Source of the DNA: Barthelona sp. PAP020
Taxonomy: Eukaryota
Reading direction: 5' to 3'
DNA length: 20,000 nucleotides
Assembly (NCBI GenBank): GCA_040182905.1
Contig: JARQWU010000020.1
Location: 49,553 to 69,552 of the forward strand
Positions within the stretch are counted from its first letter, which is position 1; the number at the start of each line of letters is the position of its first letter. Below are positions 10,846 to 18,902 of the stretch, in pieces. Made by a program: the position numbers and the translations under genes. The notes below the pieces were generated by a model that did not search any database, was not told the origin of the DNA, and saw only the letters and a program-made list of their open reading frames with translations.

Positions 10846-11007
10846 TTGACCACATTTAGTAAATATTAGTTCTGATAGTGTTGTTTTTATTCTTTCTTTG
10901 ACATAATTTTGCAATATTTTTAATTTCAGTCTCAGACTTTCCTTCTGAGTAAATTATCCATCCGTTTTTTTTCTTTTATTGTTGTTATTTTGGAATAATT
11001 ACAAGAA

Positions 11008-11178
11008 ATGGTTTGAGTTGCCTGTGTAATTCCTCTTTTATATGCTTTAATCCTGTTTATTATCAAATCGATCACATCAAAGTTTACAAAAAAACCTGCC
11101 AATAGGGCTAACAATGAGAACTCTGATGATGACACTTGTGATGGAAATTTTAATGGTGGATGAGGGTCATTTTTCTAA
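11008..11178 (+). CDS. Candidate small single-pass membrane selenoprotein (56 aa; in-frame TGA at codons 3 and 52), UPF0729/C18orf32-like
   Basis: Reads MVUVACVIPLLYALILFIIKSITSKFTKKPANRANNENSDDDTCDGNFNGGUGSFF*, with TGA at 11014-11016 and 11161-11163 and TAA at 11176-11178. Has a UxxC motif, hydrophobic helix, GGUG near the C-terminus, and a downstream SECIS-like hairpin. Confidence 0.65.
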
Positions 11179-11210
11179 ATATCTTCATTTGAATCAATTT
11201 TTACATTTTT

Positions 11211-11290
11211 TTTATCTTTTCTGTGACGTTGATTACCCTTGTATCCTAGCGGAGATGTTCTTGACTGAGAATAATGAAAAATAAGATAAA
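11211..11290 (+). promoter_or_regulatory. SECIS-like 3'-UTR stem-loop (GUGA core variant)
   Basis: Core GTGAC (11223-11227) opposite TGAG (11266-11269). Helix II GTTGA (11228-11232) pairs with TTGAC (11261-11265). Possible apical mini-stem TCC-TAGC-GGA. Helix I TTTATCTT (11211-11218) pairs with AAGATAAA (11283-11290). Canonical apical AA is absent. Confidence 0.5.
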
Positions 11291-11348
11291 TATTTATTTT
11301 TATCATCATTGTTTTTTTTCTTTAAAAATTCATGTTTTAAGTTCTTTT

Positions 11349-11819
11349 ATGAAGCCCATATACAAATTCACTCCCCGATCACGACATTATTCAAAAAGCA
11401 AAACACCAATACCAGACAATTTGAAAAGATTTGATACTTCTGTTGGTGTTTCTCCATATTTGATTGAGAAGTCAAAAGAAGATAAAATAAATGATAATAT
11501 AGTGAAGAAAACTGCTTCAGACAAAAATAAAAAGACAAGTTTATCAAGACTTGTTGAGAAAGCAACAGCAACAAAGCATGGTGCCTTACCAATTGAAGAA
11601 GAAAATTTAATCCAAAACCAACAATATAATCGATCCAATGATACTGTATATTTTGAAAATTCATACAAAGAACGAGTTTACAAGTCACTGCCAACAAGAA
11701 AAAACATTGCACAAACTTCCAAAATGAAATTACAAAAATTCAAGCACATAACAAGATCTATATATGATTTAACACAACAAATGGAAGACACAAATCGTTG
11801 GATTAGTTCTACAATGTAA
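11349..11819 (+). CDS. Hypothetical basic, low-complexity protein (156 aa)
   Basis: ORF ending TAA. ATG 11349 is preferred over 11274 because the upstream extension is T-rich spacer-like sequence overlapping the SECIS-like hairpin. Confidence 0.65.
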   Translation: MKPIYKFTPRSRHYSKSKTPIPDNLKRFDTSVGVSPYLIEKSKEDKINDNIVKKTASDKNKKTSLSRLVEKATATKHGALPIEEENLIQNQQYNRSNDTVYFENSYKERVYKSLPTRKNIAQTSKMKLQKFKHITRSIYDLTQQMEDTNRWISSTM

Positions 11820-12079
11820 ATCACTGGATAATTTGATTTTTTCTTTTAAACATAAATAGAAATTCCAAAAGAAAAACCATTTTATCTGTTTGCACAATAA
11901 TATTTCAAATTTTTTACATTTTTGACAAAAAATTCATTTTGTAAATAAAGAAGAAAATTTTTGCCTTAATTGCTATTTAAAAGTGCACTGAAAAAAAAAT
12001 TGGAATCTTGGACAATAATATCCAAAAATGGTCTGACTTCAACAATTAAACTTCTAAAATTGATGATGAAAAATAGAAA

Positions 12080-12958
12080 CTACAATTTATAACGGTCTGC
12101 CATTTCGTCGATGTTGAAAACTCTTTCCAAACAAGAGATGATGTTGTTTCCATCACATAAATAGATTATTTTGTCATCTATAATATATTTCACATACTCC
12201 ATGTCGTCAACACAAGTTATTTTGTCATTGAGATGATATGCTTGTTTAAAGGAGACGGGGCATGGGATTTTGAACACCGTGGTATCTTTAGGGTCAATGA
12301 AATAATCAAAAACACGCACTCCATTGCCAATCAGAACGTAAACCAATGAATTCATGCCGGTATAAATGCAAGCAGGTGTGCTTAACAGCTTTGAAATAGC
12401 ACGCTCACCTTCATACCCAGGGCCACCCATTATTAAAAATGTGTTCATTGAGGACAAACCAACTGCATCACAAGTCAACGCCTCCTCAAGAAAACCAGCG
12501 ATAAAAAAACTGCTGAGGTTTATGATAAATTCTGGTTTTTCGCCATTCATGGCAACTATATATCGTTTTGTCGACTTGTCAATGATAGGATAGGGTGTAT
12601 ATACAAAATTGTGGGAGAACTTGATGAACTCCTTGTAGGCAACGGCATCAATACCATCGGCCAACCATAAATAAGCTTCGTGCGGAAAGTAGGTCTCCAC
12701 TGTGGAGTTGTACCTCCCAATTTGTCTCGGTTTTCCAAAATTCAACAATGATGCTGTTTCGACAATACTAATCGTATTTAATGTGTAGTTTCTTTTATAA
12801 TCAGACACCTCGGTGTATCTGTGCTGGTTGACAATTGTTTGATTGTTTCTTTCCAAATCGATAAGAACGCCAATTGTGTACGAGCAAATTGATATTAATA
12901 TTACAAGACTGAAGGTAATAAATCTAGTGTTTAATCCATGACTGTTCGAACTTTCCAT
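12080..12958 (-). CDS. Membrane-anchored protein with a divergent class I glutamine amidotransferase-like (DJ-1/PfpI or catalase C-terminal) domain, paralog B
   Basis: N-terminal hydrophobic anchor FITFSLVILISICSYTIGVLI. Motifs YLWLADGIDAV, FLIMGGP, LIGNGVRV and LCDG...CL are shared with the adjacent paralog. Confidence 0.7.
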   Translation of the reverse strand: MESSNSHGLNTRFITFSLVILISICSYTIGVLIDLERNNQTIVNQHRYTEVSDYKRNYTLNTISIVETASLLNFGKPRQIGRYNSTVETYFPHEAYLWLADGIDAVAYKEFIKFSHNFVYTPYPIIDKSTKRYIVAMNGEKPEFIINLSSFFIAGFLEEALTCDAVGLSSMNTFLIMGGPGYEGERAISKLLSTPACIYTGMNSLVYVLIGNGVRVFDYFIDPKDTTVFKIPCPVSFKQAYHLNDKITCVDDMEYVKYIIDDKIIYLCDGNNIISCLERVFNIDEMADRYKL

Positions 12959-12991
12959 TAAAAATAAACAAAAAACAATTACAAAAACTAT

Positions 12992-13819
12992 TTACATTGC
13001 TTCAAAAACTACATCAAGACATGCAAACGTGTCATGGCCATCGCAAAGATCTACTTTGCGGTTTTCATTGCCAATAACAATGTGCGATTCGCTGCTGCAA
13101 CCGGAAACATTATAAACTTCCCAATACAGAGAATCCTTATCACAAGGAACTATAGTTTCATCCGAATTGAACTCGCCCATGCACACCAAACGAACAGCAT
13201 TCCCGATAAGAGTAACATTTGTTTTGCTGAAAATGCTGACTCCTGACTGCAAAAATGAGGTCACTGCACGTTCTCCGTTAAATAATGGACCGCCGAATAT
13301 TATCACATTATCATAGTCTTCCCAAATGACATCATCGACGTGAATTCCACGTGAAAACATCTTTAAATCAATTAAAAACTCAGGTTTGACTCCTTTGCTT
13401 GCAATCACGTAGTTGCCATACGTGTCAGAATAAATAGGTATAGGTTCGATTTTGTTGTGAATGCAAAACAACATTATTTCTTCATACACCACCGCATCAA
13501 CGCCATCAGCAAGCCAAATCGCTATTTTAGGTGTATGTGCAAATGAGTGGATCTTTATATTGTGTGTGTTGTTTGCTGTTCTTGATGAATCGTCATTCAT
13601 GGCGTCCAAAAGGGCAAAATCTCCCAAAGGCATCGTATTAAACATTCCATTGACTTCATAAACGGAAAATCCGATAAAATTATCAACATTATTGGGTTGA
13701 TTGACGTCGTTTTTGAAATGAACAACATAAAATGCGATAAAAGAGCTGATACTGATCAAGAGCAGCTGTACGAATAAATCAAGCTTTCGAATGCTTCTGT
13801 CATTGGTCAAAAAAGGCAT
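12992..13819 (-). CDS. Membrane-anchored protein with a divergent DJ-1/PfpI- or catalase-GATase-like domain, paralog A
   Basis: First ATG at 13819; anchor LFVQLLLISISSFIAFYVV. KIAIWLADGVDAV, DDVIWEDYDNVIIFGGP and LIGNAVRLV match the three GATase1-fold motif positions (KVAILLADG, D..DYDA.IIPGG, AICHG/AVGEG). Confidence 0.7.
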   Translation of the reverse strand: MPFLTNDRSIRKLDLFVQLLLISISSFIAFYVVHFKNDVNQPNNVDNFIGFSVYEVNGMFNTMPLGDFALLDAMNDDSSRTANNTHNIKIHSFAHTPKIAIWLADGVDAVVYEEIMLFCIHNKIEPIPIYSDTYGNYVIASKGVKPEFLIDLKMFSRGIHVDDVIWEDYDNVIIFGGPLFNGERAVTSFLQSGVSIFSKTNVTLIGNAVRLVCMGEFNSDETIVPCDKDSLYWEVYNVSGCSSESHIVIGNENRKVDLCDGHDTFACLDVVFEAM

Positions 13820-14081
13820 CAAATACAAACAAAAAAAATATCAAAAAAGAACAACGCCATGTTTACAAGGGAAAAAGAACACGATGTTAATTTCAAAAAA
13901 TGAACAGGAAAAAAATGCAAAATGTAAATATATTGGTGAAAAGGAAATAAGAACCGCAGGAGAAAAATCTGCTACAATATTTGTGAAGTCAAAAAAAAAA
14001 ATGGAAAGAATGAAAAAAAAAAGAAAGAGAAATCATCAAGTTGTGAGAAAGTCAGATTGGATTGAAATATTTTTTTATCAA

Positions 14082-15017
14082 ATGTCTGACGAAAAAGTTC
14101 ACAAATGCATTATTATTGGATCAGGTCCTGCTGGTTGCACAGCAGCACTTTATGCTGCCAGAGCAGGGATGAAACCAATTCTTATTACTGGATACGATAA
14201 GGGTGGTCAATTAAATCTCACTTCTGAAGTCGACAATTGGCCCACCGCTTTCGAAACAATTACTGGATCTGATTTGGTTACAGATATCGAAAAGAATGCC
14301 AAGCGTTTTGGTGCTGAGTTCGTCATGAATCAAGTCAAGGAGGTTGACTTTTCTTCCAGACCTTTCAAGTTAGTTACCGACAGTGAAACCTATTTGGCAC
14401 ATACTGTCATTATTTGTACTGGTGCTTCAGCCAGATGGTTGGGATTGGAAAGTGAACAAAAGTTCCGCAATCTCGGTGTTTCTGCCTGCGCCACCTGTGA
14501 TGGTTTTTTCTACCAAGGCCAAGAAGTTGTTATTGTTGGTGGTGGAAATACTGCTGTTGAAGAAGCCATTTATCTTTCCAACATCTGCTCTAAAGTCACC
14601 CTCATTCACCGTAGAGATAAGTTACGTGGTGAAAAGATCATGCATGAAAGGTTGTTTGCCTGTGAAAACGTTGAATTCGCCTGGAACTCTGGTCTTGATG
14701 AGGTTCTTGGTGATGATAATGGCGTAACTGGTGTCAGAATCAAATCAACAGTCGACGGATCAACACGAGAAATTCCCTGCATGGGTTGTTTCATTGCAAT
14801 TGGACATTCTCCCAATACCGCTATCTTTGAAGGCCAACTTGAGATGAAAGGTGGATACATTGTGACTAGTGCTCCATCTACTGCCACTTCCGTTGACGGT
14901 GTGTATGCTGCTGGTGATGTTATGGATTACACTTATCGTCAAGCTATTACTTCCGCTGGTACTGGTTGTAAGGCTGCTCTTGATGCTCAAAAGTACCTTG
15001 AAGCCCACAGTTTGTAA
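14082..15017 (+). CDS. trxB: Low-molecular-weight NADPH thioredoxin reductase, proteobacterial type (311 aa)
   Basis: FAD motif IIGSGPAG, redox CATC (VSACATCDGFFY), NADPH motifs VGGGNTAVEEA and HRRDKLR, and AAGDVMD.YRQAITSAGTGC.AALDA. True start ATG 14082; the track's upstream extension is A-rich spacer. Confidence 0.97.
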   Translation: MSDEKVHKCIIIGSGPAGCTAALYAARAGMKPILITGYDKGGQLNLTSEVDNWPTAFETITGSDLVTDIEKNAKRFGAEFVMNQVKEVDFSSRPFKLVTDSETYLAHTVIICTGASARWLGLESEQKFRNLGVSACATCDGFFYQGQEVVIVGGGNTAVEEAIYLSNICSKVTLIHRRDKLRGEKIMHERLFACENVEFAWNSGLDEVLGDDNGVTGVRIKSTVDGSTREIPCMGCFIAIGHSPNTAIFEGQLEMKGGYIVTSAPSTATSVDGVYAAGDVMDYTYRQAITSAGTGCKAALDAQKYLEAHSL

Positions 15018-15057
15018 TTTGATAAAAAGTAGTTTGTTTGTTTTTTTAAGTATGTAG

Positions 15058-16908
15058 ATGTTAGATCCACTACGGCTGACTACAGAATCTACTGAGATGC
15101 TTACGTCTCCGAATACACTGAGAACGACATCCAGTTGGAACGACAGTATGTATTTTGAGGGATTTTTGGAAAAGTATCCGTTTTTAAGTGAATTGTTCCC
15201 GGAAATGCAGCAAAATTTGCCCTACTTTTCACGAAACCAACAGATAAAAATTGAAAGCGCGGCAAAAAGGCTGCAAAAATATTTGAACAAAGAAGCATCC
15301 ATAAAGTTCGATTTTGCTGCGTTGACCAACAGTTTACCGTCGGATAGTGAGTACAGCACGGGCTGTAATGCATCAACAGTGAAAAAACGACTGGAAAACG
15401 TTGAGAATTGCATGAATATTATTTTTCAACAAATAGACATTGCAAAGAAGCACATGTCGGTGTTATTACGTCAAAACGACAACAAAACTGCAGATGAGAC
15501 CGCAGAATCCTCTCCCTCGTATTTGAACGGGCAAAAGGAACCCCACAGATCTAGTTCGTCAATTTCACCATCTTTCTCATTTAGCTTGCCGATGTTCAGT
15601 TCACATAATCCAGTTTCAACAGACAAACGAGCGAAGATTAGTTTTGACTCAACAAAAATGACCGCGGATGACAGCTCGAATATCCCATCCCCTAAAGCAA
15701 GCAGAAAGAGTAAGTTACTGAAGAAAAGAGAGCACGCGTTATTCCAAGCAATCAAAAAAGGAGAGGCACAGAAATTTGAACAGCTGCTCGCTGATATGTA
15801 CCCTTTGAGATCACTAAAGGACGCACGAAAGAATAATATTGTTCATTTTGCAATACTGTCTGGCCGTTCCAAAATACTTTCGATCATTATTAACAAAATG
15901 AAGCAACCGGGCTACGAGAGCGATTTTGTGATGATGGACAGACGAAATGATTTTGGAGAGTTTCCGGTTCACCTTGCAATAAAGAGTCGCAACGTCGATA
16001 TTATTGGTTTGATTCTTCCTTTGATCGGCAACATCAATGCTTTGGACAGTGATGGAAACACGCCGTTGCACTTGGCCATTCATAACGTTGTTGGGCAAGT
16101 AGAACATGATTATTTCCCCGTAACAAATGTGGTTGCCAACCGTGCCGATGTCAACGCCAAGAACAACCTGAATTTGACACCGTTGCATTTGGCTGCACAA
16201 AAAGGCGATGAAAGTTGTGTTTGTATTTTATTGAACAATTGCGCTGCGGTGAATTGTGAAAATTTGCAGGGGTTGACGCCGCTACATTTTGCTGCTGAAC
16301 AGGGACATTTTGAGACGTGTTCATTGTTGTTACAAGCTGGGGCAAATCCCAATGCATTGTCCTCTTTACACTACACGCCTCTTCATTTAGCGGCAAGGCA
16401 TGGGTACGTTCGAACGGTTGAACTTCTTGTAAAATATGGTGCAAACATTAATGCAATGGATAAATATGGATGGACTGTTTTACACGAAGCGTCGATGCTC
16501 GGAAGAAGCACAAAAGGTTTGAAGAACAGCTATTCTCAGTCAACCTCGTCGAGGGACCGGATCAAGGAATATGAAAAATTGAGAAAGGGAAAGAAAACTA
16601 GAATAAAAAACGACACAAGGAACTTTGAAGAAGTTATTGCCTTTTTAACAAGGAAAGGCGCAAAAGTCACAGCAAGAGACAACTTTCATCACAATCCAAT
16701 GGAAGTTTCTCAAAGCCTTCAATTAAAAACATCCTTCAATGACCTTGCACAGTTCGAAATAATGAACGTTAGCCCTCCAAAACTTCTTCACAAAACAATG
16801 AAATCCAACAGTTTAATCCCTCCCTTGTCAGCTAGATTTCTGTCTTCAACAACTAATAGTCTGGACCGTTCCAAAAAAACACGGAAGCGTCTCAATACAT
16901 ATCGATAG
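15058..16908 (+). CDS. Ankyrin-repeat protein (about 8 repeats) with a Ser-rich N-terminal region
   Basis: GNTPLHLA, LTPLHLAAQKG, GLTPLHFAAEQGH, YTPLHLAARHGY, GWTVLHEA and others; exact start codon uncertain. Confidence 0.9.
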   Translation: MLDPLRLTTESTEMLTSPNTLRTTSSWNDSMYFEGFLEKYPFLSELFPEMQQNLPYFSRNQQIKIESAAKRLQKYLNKEASIKFDFAALTNSLPSDSEYSTGCNASTVKKRLENVENCMNIIFQQIDIAKKHMSVLLRQNDNKTADETAESSPSYLNGQKEPHRSSSSISPSFSFSLPMFSSHNPVSTDKRAKISFDSTKMTADDSSNIPSPKASRKSKLLKKREHALFQAIKKGEAQKFEQLLADMYPLRSLKDARKNNIVHFAILSGRSKILSIIINKMKQPGYESDFVMMDRRNDFGEFPVHLAIKSRNVDIIGLILPLIGNINALDSDGNTPLHLAIHNVVGQVEHDYFPVTNVVANRADVNAKNNLNLTPLHLAAQKGDESCVCILLNNCAAVNCENLQGLTPLHFAAEQGHFETCSLLLQAGANPNALSSLHYTPLHLAARHGYVRTVELLVKYGANINAMDKYGWTVLHEASMLGRSTKGLKNSYSQSTSSRDRIKEYEKLRKGKKTRIKNDTRNFEEVIAFLTRKGAKVTARDNFHHNPMEVSQSLQLKTSFNDLAQFEIMNVSPPKLLHKTMKSNSLIPPLSARFLSSTTNSLDRSKKTRKRLNTYR

Positions 16909-17048
16909 CCTTTGTAAAATCTAATAATTTGGTGATTTTTTTTTGTGTTGCATTTATGTTTTCTGGGGTAATAGAATGGAGGAGAAGCACTTCAAGAAAA
17001 TGTTTGGAAAATAAATGAATAAAAAATACAAATACATTTTACAAATTA

Positions 17049-17861
17049 TTAGTAATATTGAGTTTGTTGTCTGACTTGTCTTCCTTCCATATAATCAATC
17101 TCTTTCACAACTTTAATCAAGGTTGAACGTAAAAGATCGAGTTCTGCCTGTACTTCATTTAAAGGATGAGTACGAGTGTTGATATCAGAAATTGAAACAT
17201 TTTGACGAATTCGATCAATAAGAACATCTGAAGTTCTAGCACCTCGATTGTTTAAATTATGATATGAAGTATCAAAAGAATCAGAATCGTCATAAACAGA
17301 AGCAGGTTGACCATAATGAGTTTGAGTTTGCATTTGAGTTTGAGTTTGAGGATAAGAATATTGAACCTCAGGATAAACATCAGTTGCAGTGATGGAAGAA
17401 CTTACACTATCATTTTGATCACTGGACATCTGAGGTATAGATTGAGAGGATGGTCTTTGAGAATTATCATTTGTTGAAAGTGACCTCTGACGTAAAGCCA
17501 TTGAACGTAATTTCTTTTTCAAATAAGGTTGAATCATGTCCAACGCAGTTCTACCTTCATAATCTCTCTCATAAGCATCAGAGCCGTTTTGAATTAATAA
17601 TTCACAAATCTCCAAATGATCATGTTCAGCAGCATGCATCAAAGCAGTTCTTTTGAATCTATCTTTTTCATTCACATTTGCTCCACGGCCTAATAATAAT
17701 CTTACTATACTCATATGTCCTGGTGTGACAGCACACATTAAAGGAGTTTGACCTAGACTTCCTTTTTCATCAATCCATTGAGGATATTTATCTAAAAAAT
17801 ATCCTACCTGTTGAATAGATCCATTTGAAGCAGAAGTTAATAAATCGTTCACAGATTCCAT
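17049..17861 (-). CDS. Ankyrin-repeat protein (N-terminal ANK repeats, low-complexity middle, C-terminal coiled coil)
   Basis: GQTPLMCA...LLGRGANVN, RTALMHAA, GRTALD; C-terminal heptads LNEVQAELDLLRSTL. Confidence 0.88.
   Translation of the reverse strand: MESVNDLLTSASNGSIQQVGYFLDKYPQWIDEKGSLGQTPLMCAVTPGHMSIVRLLLGRGANVNEKDRFKRTALMHAAEHDHLEICELLIQNGSDAYERDYEGRTALDMIQPYLKKKLRSMALRQRSLSTNDNSQRPSSQSIPQMSSDQNDSVSSSITATDVYPEVQYSYPQTQTQMQTQTHYGQPASVYDDSDSFDTSYHNLNNRGARTSDVLIDRIRQNVSISDINTRTHPLNEVQAELDLLRSTLIKVVKEIDYMEGRQVRQQTQYY
17317..17350 (-). repeat. Imperfect coding hexamer repeat (CAAACT)n encoding QTQTQMQTQT
   Basis: Plus strand shows repeated TGAGTT units interrupted once by TGCATT. Confidence 0.7.
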
Positions 17862-18064
17862 AATTTTAAAGAATAAAAATAATTTACTTTGTTTTTTTTA
17901 ATATGAAAAAAGAACCGAAAAAATAGCACTTGAAAAAATGGTTTCTTGATAAAAACACTTCTTTACATCTCACATGGAACAACATATTATAGGTTTTAAC
18001 ATGTTTTTAGACAAAGGAAAAAAAAATCCTCAATGAAACTTTATTCCAAAAAAGGAAACACATA

Positions 18065-18814
18065 TCAAAAAACAACTAAAATAGACACATGAATACAAAG
18101 AGATATTATCAAAATTGTGAATCCCAATATGTAAAAATAAGGTGCTGTTGTTGATAAAATGGGAACAATAAAAGCACTAAAAAGTCTTAAAAAGTTCCAT
18201 TTTTTAGCCAGAAATAACTGGGAGACAATTAATTCAAGCATTGTAACACTTGTACAACAAGAAAATACAGTAGAAAGAGGCAAATTGAATAAATAATGGT
18301 TATTGTGTACATCCATTGCAAGTGGTAATCCTTTAATACAAAATTGAACAAAAACAAAACCAATAATAGAATAAAAATGATATGCAGTGTTATCAACATG
18401 GTTTTCTTCGATATATTTCCCTTTTTCATCACTATTGTCACTATCTGTTAAAGATTCATCTTCAACAATTTTATCATCTTTGTCATTGTTTTCTTCTTCC
18501 AAATTTTTCACTGGTTCTTGCTCGACAACTATTTTAACAGGGTTTGGAACAAATGTTCTGTTTATAATATTGTTCAACAAAAGTCGAATCAAAAAATTAA
18601 AAGTTGAACTTGCAAATACAAAGTAAAACAATCCCAAATCGCAATATTTTCTCAAAGAATCACTAAAAATAAAGTACAAAATATAATGCAAAGCACCAAT
18701 AATAATACTTTTCATACTCATTAACGAAAATTTTTCCTTTTGTTTTAATATTGTGAAAAATGGTGATATAAGAATTAAAATATTAACAAAAGTCAAATAT
18801 GTCGGTATATTCAT
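18065..18814 (-). CDS. TMEM147: Multi-pass membrane protein, probable divergent TMEM147 (ER BOS complex)
   Basis: Several TM segments. TFVNILILISPFF..K resembles TMEM147 HFGNCFALAYFPYF..K, and IIGFVFVQFCIKGLPL resembles ALGWATAELIMSRCIPL (recalled). Contains an inserted acidic loop. Confidence 0.5.
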   Translation of the reverse strand: MNIPTYLTFVNILILISPFFTILKQKEKFSLMSMKSIIIGALHYILYFIFSDSLRKYCDLGLFYFVFASSTFNFLIRLLLNNIINRTFVPNPVKIVVEQEPVKNLEEENNDKDDKIVEDESLTDSDNSDEKGKYIEENHVDNTAYHFYSIIGFVFVQFCIKGLPLAMDVHNNHYLFNLPLSTVFSCCTSVTMLELIVSQLFLAKKWNFLRLFSAFIVPILSTTAPYFYILGFTILIISLCIHVSILVVF

Positions 18815-18902
18815 GTGAAACCAACTGATTTAATTTCAAAAAAAAATTTTATTGTTGTTCTTATGTTTTTGATGATTGCATGAATATAACAATGAACAAT
18901 TG

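Noticed and set aside
10932..11135. 67-aa minus-strand ORF from the track
   Set aside because: Starts at GTG and is the exact mirror frame of the + strand selenoprotein candidate; most likely an antisense shadow.
4084..11988. AAGTGCAC/GTGCAC palindrome in two spacers (about 4084 and 11983)
   Set aside because: Too few occurrences, with no consistent position relative to gene starts.
13791..14081. Lys-rich N-terminal extension of thioredoxin reductase
   Set aside because: A-rich spacer that overlaps the opposite-strand gene start; homology begins at ATG 14082.
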